Positions 39,849 to 48,820 of a DNA stretch of 64,000 bases are shown one piece after another. Within the stretch, counting starts at the first letter, position 1. Every line of letters begins with the position of its first letter. The notes below the pieces were generated by a model. That model was not told where the DNA came from. It ran no database searches and saw only the letters and a program-made list of their open reading frames with translations. The position numbers and the translations under genes are program-made. The DNA is from Candidatus Marinacidobacterales bacterium (GTDB lineage: Bacteria; Acidobacteriota; Vicinamibacteria; Marinacidobacterales; DATDRI01), in assembly GCA_965226495.1 (NCBI GenBank), contig OZ245365.1:3552001-3616000 (forward strand), in the 5' to 3' direction.

Positions 39849-40276
39849 GTCGAACGCTGAGCCTCGTCGTGCGACGGACGATTGCTGCGTCCGCTGAACG
39901 CTTGTTCGGCGCCTGGACCGACCCCAAGCAGCTCGCCGATTGGTGGGGCCCGCTAGGAGTCACCTGCGAAGGCGCGGAAGTCGACCTGCGGGTGGGCGGG
40001 AGCTATCGCATTTCGAACCGACTCCCGGATGGCCGTGTCGTCTGGATCTCGGGCACCTACGAGATCGTGGACCCACCCAGGAAGCTCGTCTACAGTTGGC
40101 GGCTCGCTGACGCCACCGGGTCGGTAGAGCGGGTCACCGTGCGGTTCGATCCAAAGAAAGACGGTACCGAGGTAACCGTCCTTCACGAGCGCGTCGCCGA
40201 TGCCGAGACGAAGACGCAGCACGAACAGGGATGGCACGGCTGCCTCGACTCCCTCGCCAAACACCTCTCGAGCTAG
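39845..40276 (+). CDS. SRPBCC/AHSA1-like protein
   Basis: GTG 39845 overlaps arsR stop; LFGAWTDP..L..WWGP, DLRVGG, HEQGW..CLD.L. Confidence 0.87.
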   Translation: MSRTLSLVVRRTIAASAERLFGAWTDPKQLADWWGPLGVTCEGAEVDLRVGGSYRISNRLPDGRVVWISGTYEIVDPPRKLVYSWRLADATGSVERVTVRFDPKKDGTEVTVLHERVADAETKTQHEQGWHGCLDSLAKHLSS

Positions 40277-40646
40277 CCATATGGAAACCCATCCCTTGGA
40301 TTAGCGATGAGCATCGTGAACGCACTCAGCTGCGAAATACGACATTCACTCTTGACGGTTAATGACGATGACAAGCGACGCCCCAAGTTAGAGCGCCCCC
40401 AGAAACGCCCGACCCGGCTATACAGCCACCTAGCATAGTTGTAGTAGAAGCCCCCGCATTCGGCTCGATAGGCTCTCCCGCAGATTGAAAAAACGAGTCA
40501 GATTCGCTGCTCCAACTCCCATTGCGCCCCTACCTGGGGCGTCGGACAGACCTCGCTGGGGTTCTGTTCCCTGAGAGAACTCGGGCTTGGGAAAGTGTAG
40601 TTGCATACACGAAATGGGATGAATAACATCCCTTTTTGCATACTCA

Positions 40647-40676
40647 TTGCATATTTGTCGGCTACGGGGGTATAAT
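40647..40676 (+). promoter_or_regulatory. Sigma70-type promoter of the abiE locus
   Basis: TTGCAT-18 bp-TATAAT, 44 bp upstream of ATG 40721. Confidence 0.55.
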
Positions 40677-40720
40677 TATCTCGCGTCAAATAATCAAAAA
40701 GGGCCAAAAAGTGTCCCCTT

Positions 40721-41525
40721 ATGCATACTAAACTGCGAATTCGTGGCGGCAAGCTCTCCGATCTGGTCGATTCCCACCAAGCCAGAGGCCAGTACGTCCT
40801 GACCCGCGAACAGGCACTCGGAGCGCTGGGGGTCTCGGATGAAGAAGGCGGTGCAACGCCTAGTCGTCAAGGGCCGAATCGCGGTCCCGCGCCGTGGTTT
40901 TTTTGTAATCGTGCCCGTGGAGTACCGACAATCTGGAGCGCCGCCACCGAGCTGGTTCATCGACGACCTGATGAATTTCCTCGGCCAGCCCTACTATGTC
41001 GGGCTCCTCAGTGCGGCCGCCCTTCACGGGGCGGCACACCAGCAACCGCAGGAGTTCCAGGTTGTCACGAACAAGCAACTCCGAAGCGTGGTTGCGGGGC
41101 GCGCGCGCATCCGGATTTTCCGCAAGCTCCGTTTCGAACGTACGCCTACGATGGAAATGAAGACGGAGACCGGCGCCATGCGCGTGTCCACACCGGAGGC
41201 GACGGCACTCGATCTGCTGCGCTACCTCGAGCGAGTGGGCCATCTCAGCCACGTGGCCACGGTGCTGGCCGAGCTCCTCGAAAAAATAGAGCCCGACCGC
41301 CTCGCCCAGGTCGCAAGAATCGAAAGCGAGTTGCCGACCGCGCAACGACTGGGCCACCTCCTCGAACAGGTCGGCGCCGGTAAGTCCGCTAGCTCCCTGG
41401 CGGCATGGATCGAGGAGTGTCGCCCGAGATTCGTGGCTCTCAGATCCGATCGTTCGGTGAGGCGCGGGAAGAAGGACACTCGCTGGCGGGTGATCGCGAA
41501 CGAGAAGGTTGAGGCCGAGACTTGA
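40721..41525 (+). pseudogene. Type IV TA antitoxin AbiEi, frameshifted at ~40838
   Basis: N-part ...QARGQYVLTREQA...LGVSD; main part RGFFVIVP.EY, YYVGLLSAAALHGA.HQ, STPEATALDL. Confidence 0.8.
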
Positions 41526-41773
41526 TCCCGCGGGCGCATATCACAGCCTGGCGCTCGAAGGCGCCTTGGTTGACCGATGCTCAAGTCGAGCAGGACCTCG
41601 TCATTTCCCGCGCGATCGTCGAGCTCTTCTCGGACGAACTCCTCGCGCGCGAGGTCGCGTTCCGTGGAGGCACGGCACTGCATAAGCTTCACTTCGAACC
41701 ACCGAGCCGCTATTCGGAGGACATTGATCTCGTGCAGGTGAACGCGGGACCGATTGGACCCCCGCATCGCTGA
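41522..41773 (+). pseudogene. AbiEii nucleotidyltransferase toxin, truncated after ~80 aa
   Basis: VEQDL, FRGGTAL.KL, RYSEDIDL, then premature stop. Confidence 0.85.
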
Positions 41774-42520
41774 CATTGGTACTCGACGAACTTCTCCTTC
41801 AAGGAGACGTACACCTCCCGCCATCGGTGTTCGACGCGCACAGGTTCTAAGGCTTTGCAGTCCGCTTCGTTGACAGCCTTCAAGACGTCGTTCGGGTCTG
41901 CGGGGGCACTAAGGGCTTCTCGCCGAACTGTGGCGGGTTCTTCCAGTTGACGCCGACCATCACCTGCCTTGCTGTCGAATCCCGGACTTCGCGATGTGGA
42001 TGAGGCTCTCGATTACTTTCCCTTGAATGTCGGTGCCTCGCGCCTGCTGGGCCGAGTAGGCATCCGACTTTGATGATGACGCTTTCCGATAGCCGAGTGT
42101 CCGTGTTGCCGGGAGCGTCTTCTGGCCGGTCACCGCAGTTGTCGCTTCCGCGCTTTCGGCTTTGGCTTTTTGACGATCTTGCGTGGATGCCCCTTTCAGC
42201 GGCGCCCCCGCGCTCCACGTGGCGCGGCAGCGCGATTCCGAGGCGAGGCCGTGGTGCCCCGAGCGCTTCCCAAAAAAGCATGATATTATCCGCTGGCGGC
42301 GCAAACGAGAGTCTGTCGTGGCTTCCAATTAGGCCAATCGCTCGCAAGTTCCCAAGCCTGTTGTCGGTGTAGTTACTTCTCCGCGTAGCAGCGGACGACA
42401 GCCTCCCTATGAGCGAGCCATGGCCAGAACAGCACGTTTAGTCCCCGGCTCCCAATTGGGGGTTCTCCGTTTGTAGCTTGAAAATGGGCTAGGAGACGGA
42501 GTCTATCCGCTAAAGGGCTG

Positions 42521-43405
42521 GTGAAGGAAATGGAATGGGTCAGTGGCAGGATTCAGGACGGGGGGCGTTCAGACCCGTTCCTCCCATTTGAATCCGCCGT
42601 CCCCGGAATCCTTGCCATTTTACATGGCGAGCTCCTACAGGAGCTTCAGGCATGGAAAGACAGGCCCGACCCCGGGCGGAGGAATGCCAAGGGAGACCTC
42701 CAACGCTCCTTTGACCTCGCCGCCGACGAGTACGTGCGGAGCTATCTCGAACGGGCGTTCCCCGCTGGAGTGCTGCTCTCGGAGGAAAGCAGCGAAAGAA
42801 GATTCGGCAGAGGGAAGCTCCAATACCGTTTTGTAGTCGATCCGGTGGATGGCTCGGATAACTACTCCCGGAGGTTGCCGCTGGCAGCACTCAGCATCGC
42901 GGTGCTTCCAGCCGAAGCGCCTCTTTCACCGGAGCAGGTCCTCTTTAGCATGGTGGGAGATCTTCTTCGAGACGAAAGCCCTATTCTGGCCGCACGGAGA
43001 GAGGGCGCATATCGTGGCAGCACTAGGTTAAAGACCTCATCGGTTGGACGTCTTTCCGAAGCTTTCGTTTCCTGCGAGCTCAATCATTTCGCACCTCCAC
43101 CGCTGCTTGGACAGCTGCTGAGCCGGGCGCGCGGCGTGCGGGTTTACGGGTGCTGCTCGCTTGCCCTGGGCCTCGTGGCCTCTGGAGCAATAGACGCGCA
43201 CGTGGATGTGCGGGATCGGTTAACGTTGGAGAGCTTTCTGGCCGCTTCACTTGCCGTGGAAGAGGCTGGAGGTTCTGTCGTGGACCGGAAAGGCAATCCG
43301 CTCGGTGCTTTGACGGGGCTCGAGCAACGTACCAGCTTGATCGCGGCGGCAAGCCTTGAGCTCGCTATGGAGATCGTTGATGTCCTCGATAATACCGATT
43401 ACTGA
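42521..43405 (+). CDS. Inositol monophosphatase-family (FIG) phosphatase
   Basis: D..AD, SEE, VDPVDGSDN, VASGAIDA, VEEAGG. Confidence 0.88.
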   Translation: MKEMEWVSGRIQDGGRSDPFLPFESAVPGILAILHGELLQELQAWKDRPDPGRRNAKGDLQRSFDLAADEYVRSYLERAFPAGVLLSEESSERRFGRGKLQYRFVVDPVDGSDNYSRRLPLAALSIAVLPAEAPLSPEQVLFSMVGDLLRDESPILAARREGAYRGSTRLKTSSVGRLSEAFVSCELNHFAPPPLLGQLLSRARGVRVYGCCSLALGLVASGAIDAHVDVRDRLTLESFLAASLAVEEAGGSVVDRKGNPLGALTGLEQRTSLIAAASLELAMEIVDVLDNTDY

Positions 43406-44831
43406 CGCTAAGAAAAACAATTCCGGCAGCCTCCCTGTCGTCGTGTTGGCGGCCGGCAAGGGTTCCCGTGTAGCTTCGCTGGGCAATGGCCGCCCCAAGC
43501 CAACGCTTCGTTTGCTCGGCCTGTCCCTTGCCGAACGGATCATCCTCTCCTACCAGGCAGCGGGTATTCAACGCTTCGTAGTGGTCCTGGGCGACCGTGC
43601 AGACGAGGTGCGTGAACACTTCCTGGATGTAGCGGTGCGGCGCGGCTGCGAGGTGGAGTGCGTCGTTGCCACCGACTGGCAGCTGGGAAACGGGGCCAGT
43701 GCTCTCGCCGCGTTTCGCATGGTGGAGGAGGAGCCCTTTCTGCTAACGATGGCCGACCATCTGATCGATCCCTCGCTGTTGGAGCAAGTTTTGGCCGCCC
43801 CTCCTGGCGAGGACGAGATTTGCCTGGCAGTGGATTCGAACAAAGAGAATCTCCTCGATCTCGAGGACGTGATGAAGGTGGACGTCGCAAACGGTCGGGT
43901 GGCCCGGATTGGAAAAGGCCTGAGGGATTGGGACGTAGCGGACACGGGAGTTTTCTACTGCACGCAGGTCCTTTTCGAGGGTATCCGGCAGGCATCGGCC
44001 AAGGGACAGTATGGGCTTTCGGACGCGGTCAGGGAGCTAGCGGCTGAGCGTCGGGTTCGCGTGGTCGACGTCACGGGGAAGCGATGGATTGATATGGACA
44101 ACGCATTGGCATTCCGCCATGCGAAGCGGTGGCTTCTTTCCTCGGTCGTCAAGAACACGGACGATGGCTATGTTTCGGCGTATCTCAACCGTCCTCTCTC
44201 CTTACGGCTCTCGAGTCTGCTGGCCGAGGCGCGGATCTCTCCCAACCTCATTACCCTTGTCAGCTTCTTGCTTGCCCTGGGCGGCGCAGTGCTTTTCTCT
44301 CTACAGGGTTACATGGCGGGGCTGATGGGGGGACTCTTGGTTCAGTTCTCCTCGGTAGTGGACGGCTGTGATGGTGAGGTGGCTCGTCTCAGACAGATTG
44401 CCAGCCCCAGAGGAGGTTGGCTCGATACGATACTCGACCGCTACGCGGAGCTTGCGGTGGTGCTGGCCATCACCTTTTCTTACTCCACCTCCCATCCGGG
44501 CCCTCTCGCCTGGATGGGGGGTCTCCTTTCCATTTCCGGGTACTACATGGCAAGCTACGTGACCAAGGAGTTTGCCCTCCGGCACGGCAAAGCCTACCCG
44601 CCCAACTTCCTAAACCGCATTAAACGCCGGGACCTCCGCCTGTTAGGGATTTCGGTGGGGGCCGTATTGGGCATCGCGTTTGAAGCTATGGTTGGCCTTG
44701 GCGTGCTCAGCCACCTTTGCGTGGTGGGAATCTTGGTCCGCGGCTGGCGGCAAGGGAGCCGTTTCCGCCCAGCCGTACTACACAGACGCGCTCTCGGCCA
44801 GAAAAAGGCACCGGGCGCGGCGGTCATCTAG
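43380..44831 (+). CDS. Bifunctional NTP-transferase / CDP-alcohol phosphotransferase (IPCT/DIPPS-like)
   Basis: LAAGKGSR...PKP, GNG.S, MADH, DTG.F, WIDMD; DG.VS.YLNRP.S linker; DGCDGEVAR..GGWLDTILDR. Confidence 0.88.
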   Translation: MSSIIPITDAKKNNSGSLPVVVLAAGKGSRVASLGNGRPKPTLRLLGLSLAERIILSYQAAGIQRFVVVLGDRADEVREHFLDVAVRRGCEVECVVATDWQLGNGASALAAFRMVEEEPFLLTMADHLIDPSLLEQVLAAPPGEDEICLAVDSNKENLLDLEDVMKVDVANGRVARIGKGLRDWDVADTGVFYCTQVLFEGIRQASAKGQYGLSDAVRELAAERRVRVVDVTGKRWIDMDNALAFRHAKRWLLSSVVKNTDDGYVSAYLNRPLSLRLSSLLAEARISPNLITLVSFLLALGGAVLFSLQGYMAGLMGGLLVQFSSVVDGCDGEVARLRQIASPRGGWLDTILDRYAELAVVLAITFSYSTSHPGPLAWMGGLLSISGYYMASYVTKEFALRHGKAYPPNFLNRIKRRDLRLLGISVGAVLGIAFEAMVGLGVLSHLCVVGILVRGWRQGSRFRPAVLHRRALGQKKAPGAAVI

Positions 44832-45070
44832 ACTGTCTTTCTAGTCCGTCTCCTTTCGAAAGATGACTGTTGAGCTCGCACAGTCAGAACAAACTTGGCC
44901 TAGCCGTCCGCCCGGAACAGACGAGGGGCCCTCGATTTAAGAGGCCGCCGGGTTTGCGGCCGAGACGCTGCCCGATGGGAAGAAATGGTGAAGCAGTTGA
45001 CTTGTCCGAGCGGACGCGGCACAAAGAAAGGGGAATCCCAAGAGCGTTTTTGGAAGGCCACGAAGATGCC

Positions 45071-45334
45071 ATGAATCGCGACACCCTGATTCGCCAGATA
45101 CAAAGGGCCCAAAAGGAGCAAACCGGAGAGGATTACCCGATCGACTTTCCCGAACTATCGGATCGAACCCTAGAAAGGCTTGCCGTGTTGCTCCGCGAGC
45201 TTGAAGGCCGGAGCAAGACAGCCGTGCGAAGCGCGTGCGATGCTTTCTTACAGGAGGCCGAGCGCCAGGAGTGCTTGTGCTTCGGTCCGCCCGTGGCCGA
45301 TTGCCCTATTTACGGTTGGCGTACTACGACGTAG
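45071..45334 (+). CDS. Small hypothetical protein
   Basis: ATG 45071 MNRDTLIRQIQ..., helical, Cys-rich tail; no family recognised. Confidence 0.35.
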   Translation: MNRDTLIRQIQRAQKEQTGEDYPIDFPELSDRTLERLAVLLRELEGRSKTAVRSACDAFLQEAERQECLCFGPPVADCPIYGWRTTT

Positions 45335-46279
45335 CGCCATCAGAAACGGCTACACGCGAGCGGCCAGGGGCCGAGTGGGGGGGAAACATAATCCAACGTG
45401 GCCTTTGCTTCAAGTGTTGAATGTCCTGAGAGTTCCGGCGCGCTCGGGAAACAGGTCTGAAACCAGAAGCCCGGAGTGAGCCCAGCAGAAAAGAGAATTC
45501 TAATCGAGCTGGTGAACTATTGGGATGGCAAGACACCGAAATATACGAACGGCCCGATGCCGCCGCGTGGAGACTGGGGTCAGCGAGACCGAGTTGGGCC
45601 GAAAGCTGAGGTACGAGGTCCATGGGAGTGAGGTTTTAGATCACGAATTCCGTTGGGCCACGCCGCCCCATTCTGCCAGCAGGTCCATGATGTCCTTTTG
45701 AAGGTCCCTGGGCAAACCCTCTTTGAACAGCAACGGGCCGGCAGGGTGCTTAACGGTCACTGTTTTTCGCCCTTGCTTGACTTCATGAAAGCCGCAGTTA
45801 CACTGTCTTGCAGAGAGCCGTGTCTCTCCAGTTCCACATGTTGCGGTCGCTGGCATGAACGTCGGTCCCTTCGCGCTTCAGAGCTCGAGCGTGTTCGGAT
45901 AGAGCGGCTTCAAAGTCCTCGATCATAGACTTTTTCTTCAATGGGTTTTCCGTAGACTTTCCGCTCTTCACTGGCTCTCGTGTCCCTCCTCTTGGGGCAG
46001 GAAGTCATAAGCCGCGCACTGGGGCAGAGCGAAACAAGCGGCCACACGGTTGGGAGATCGGCCAGGGTGGCAGGATCGAAGTTCTCTTCGGTCGGGGGTG
46101 AGGAAATGATAGACCAGACGGCGCAGCTCAGCAACTTCCTAGACGAAGACTCCCGGGCAGGTTGGCGCGGCGGCTGGCCGTTCGGTTGGCCAAACGGAGC
46201 AGAAGGAGCAGGTTCCAGCGAGCGCCCTGGATTGATCGGGGTCATCTCTCAACTCTCGTCTCCCAAGTGATGTGATATG

Positions 46280-47234
46280 TCACGAGACGAGGTCGGCGAG
46301 AAACCAGTCGTAGAGTTCCCGGGGCGCTTGGTCTACTCGGAATAGCTGTCGGAGTTTAGCTGCGTGCGAGTACGCAGCGGTCCAAGCGTCATGGTGATGG
46401 ACAGTGGTTCGGTATTGCCGCCAGCGGAAACGCCGGCGGTCAATAGGCGGCAGCTCTGCCATCCAATCATCAAGCTCCTGTTGCCCGCAGGCATGCCCCT
46501 TCTGTGGCAGCTTGGCATGGACAAGGAAGTCTGCTTCACATGGGTTCTTGGCGCCTCTCAGAGCATCGAGCAACTTCAACGCGTATTCCTCCACCTTCGC
46601 AATGCCGTCGAAGACGTTTTGGTAGATTCTGACTGGGCAACCGCCAATTCGCATAGCATCAGCGAGATGTGAGCTCTTCGTTCCCGTCGAAAATTTTGGA
46701 CACACCAGAGCGACTTTGCTCCAGCGTCCCACGTTTGATGGCGGATGAGCCGCCAGAAACCACGCACCACCGCCTCCATAGCTCGTGCCGCAGAGATAAA
46801 CAGGCTGGTTGGTCCAGTTCGGGGTCCCCCCGTTCGTCTGACCAAGTACTTGCCTGAGCTCAGCCCCACCGACTGAGCTCACGAGCCTCCTGCGAAACTC
46901 CACTATGGTTCCGTCAATCACATCAGCGCAGTCCTTCCATCCATTCCAGGCCGTCCCGATTGTTGCGTATTACCTGAGGAGCCAGGACAACCATTGGAAT
47001 ATCGGGAGCGTGACTCGGCGGCCAGTTGTCCGCCGGCGTGCCTTTTCGGTCCCGGTATTCCCCATACCCACATAGGAAAATGAGGAGCGGCCATTTTTTG
47101 TCTTTCAACTCCTCCGAGTTGAGTGCTCCCCCTGTGTACACAAGAACTTTCTCAGTGAAGTTCCCCGTCGAGGCCCCATGAGTGATTTCTTCGTACACCA
47201 ATGCTATTGCCCCTTCTGTCTGACGCACGCCCAC
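46280..47234 (-). pseudogene. Alpha/beta-hydrolase (predicted peptidase/esterase), frameshifted near 46925
   Basis: WPLLIFLCGYGE and VVLAPQ in the first ORF; VYLCGTSYGGGGAW nucleophile elbow and HDAW..AY in the second. Confidence 0.65.
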
Positions 47235-47529
47235 CCGTTCTAGCCTGATAGATTCTATCCCATTCGGTTGAGGGTCAAACCGAGATGCTGTACACAGGGG
47301 CAGTGCTCCCGGCCAGCTCCAGCGTCCAACGGACGTCGCTATTGCTGCAGACGCCGCTCCCTCTCCGTCGTCGACTTCAGCAACAATCGCATCCAGAAGT
47401 TCGCGCCGTTGCCGGACCAGCCCCAGTCCGGGGAAAACAGGTCCCGAACTTCACCATCATCCGAACGGCATCGATGATCACCCAGAAAAGACTCTACCCC
47501 AACTGGGAGTTTCGGAGGAGAGATCCGAC

Positions 47530-47720
47530 AGATTACTAGTCTTCCTCTGGCGAGTGAATTTCTTGTTTACAGCCAGTTGGGACCTACTCCTGCCACGCTG
47601 CTACCACCCCGGTCCTGGTCTTCCGAGACGGAAAGCACCGCTAGATTTCTAATCTTCCTCTGGACGGTAAGGTTCTTGTTTATGGTTAGTTAGGATTAGT
47701 GCTACCACGGTGCTACCACC
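47530..47720 (+). repeat. Two imperfect ~78-bp direct repeats
   Basis: 47530-47608 and 47643-47720 share AGATT.CTA.TCTTCCTCTGG, TTCTTGTTTA and CCACG.TGCTACCACC. Confidence 0.8.
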
Positions 47721-47958
47721 ATGGCCCGGGCACACTCGCCGTAAGCGTCTCAATCCACGTTAGATGCTGCACACTAACACAGCCCGTGTAGGTTGAATTG
47801 CGGTTTGTGGGGCGCTTGTTGATCTTTTTCTGAAGCGCACCGAGAGGAAACCAATGCCTAGGAGCGAACGTTCGCCTCCTGACGGGCTTTCGGGACTCGG
47901 ACTGACTGGAAACCCTCCAAGGCTCCGTTCTTTATTGCCTGTAGATTACTGATTCTAT

Positions 47959-48035
47959 TGGTGGACGGCACCGGGCTCGAACCGGCGACCTCGGCGTTGC
48001 GAACGCCGCGCTCTCCCAGACTGAGCTAGCCGCCC
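47959..48035 (-). tRNA. tRNA-Ala (anticodon CGC)
   Basis: GGGCGGC/GCCGTCC acceptor stem with G3-U70, anticodon arm CGGCG-TTCGCAA-CGCCG, GGTTCGA T-loop, encoded CCA. Confidence 0.96.
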
Positions 48036-48120
48036 ATGTATTGGGTGGGATGCTACCATTTGTCGAAACGGCCGGCAACAGCGCGGTTGCGGGGCTTTCG
48101 TAGTACAATGGGCCTAACTC

Positions 48121-48798
48121 ATGTGGAGTGTGATGGTTGCCCTCGCCGTCGCGGGAGGTCCCCCGAGCCCGCTTCCCGCAGTGGATGCCGCTCTCGTCCA
48201 GCGGATTCAGGCGCACTACGATCGACTCCAGGACTTCGAAGCTCATTTCATCCAGCGCGTGGTGCACCGAATCGTTCACAAGGTCATCGAGGAAAGCGGC
48301 ACGATGGCGTTCAAGCGACCGGGGCTGATGCGATGGGAGTACCAGAAGCCGGAGACCAAGCTCTTCGTGACTGATAGCAAGAAGAGCTATTTTTACGTAC
48401 CTGAAGACCACCAAGTCATCGTAAGCCATACGCCGGGGGGGGCGATGGGTCTTGCCGCGGGCTCGCCGTTTTCTGTCATCATGGGCGAGGAGCGCCTCCT
48501 GGATGCCTTTGAAGTCAAGAATTCAGACTCGGAGCCCCAAAGGGGAGGTGAGGTGTTGCTTCTCATCCCACGCCGCGCCCAGGAGGGTTTCGAAGAGGCC
48601 GAAATCGAAGTCCGGCCCGAGGACGGGCAAGTCATGCGTGTGAGTCTCCTGGACGGCCAGGGTAATCGCACCGAGTTCCTTTTCGACGAAATCCGAGAGA
48701 ACCGCGGACTCGTGGATTCCATGTTTCGCTTCACCGTACCTTCCGGGGTGGATATTTTGATCGCTTCCGAGAGCGCCCCAACGTCTCCACCCCAATAA
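48121..48798 (+). CDS. lolA: Outer-membrane lipoprotein carrier LolA family protein
   Basis: A.F.Q, G...FKRPG.MRWEY..P...LFVTD, F.F.VPSGVDI. Confidence 0.85.
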   Translation: MWSVMVALAVAGGPPSPLPAVDAALVQRIQAHYDRLQDFEAHFIQRVVHRIVHKVIEESGTMAFKRPGLMRWEYQKPETKLFVTDSKKSYFYVPEDHQVIVSHTPGGAMGLAAGSPFSVIMGEERLLDAFEVKNSDSEPQRGGEVLLLIPRRAQEGFEEAEIEVRPEDGQVMRVSLLDGQGNRTEFLFDEIRENRGLVDSMFRFTVPSGVDILIASESAPTSPPQ

Positions 48799-48820
48799 GA
48801 GCCTAATAAGAGAAAAACCA

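Noticed and set aside
41774-42500. Minus-strand ORF fragments after abiEii
   Set aside because: Protein-like in places but no family recognised and frames inconsistent.
45335-46270. Short ORFs in the island interior
   Set aside because: Possible frameshifted gene after AGGAGG near 45990, but no supportable product call.
47855-47885. AGGAG-CGAACGTTCG-C-CTCCT hairpin as ncRNA
   Set aside because: Single hairpin with no family features; could be a tRNA-downstream terminator or chance.
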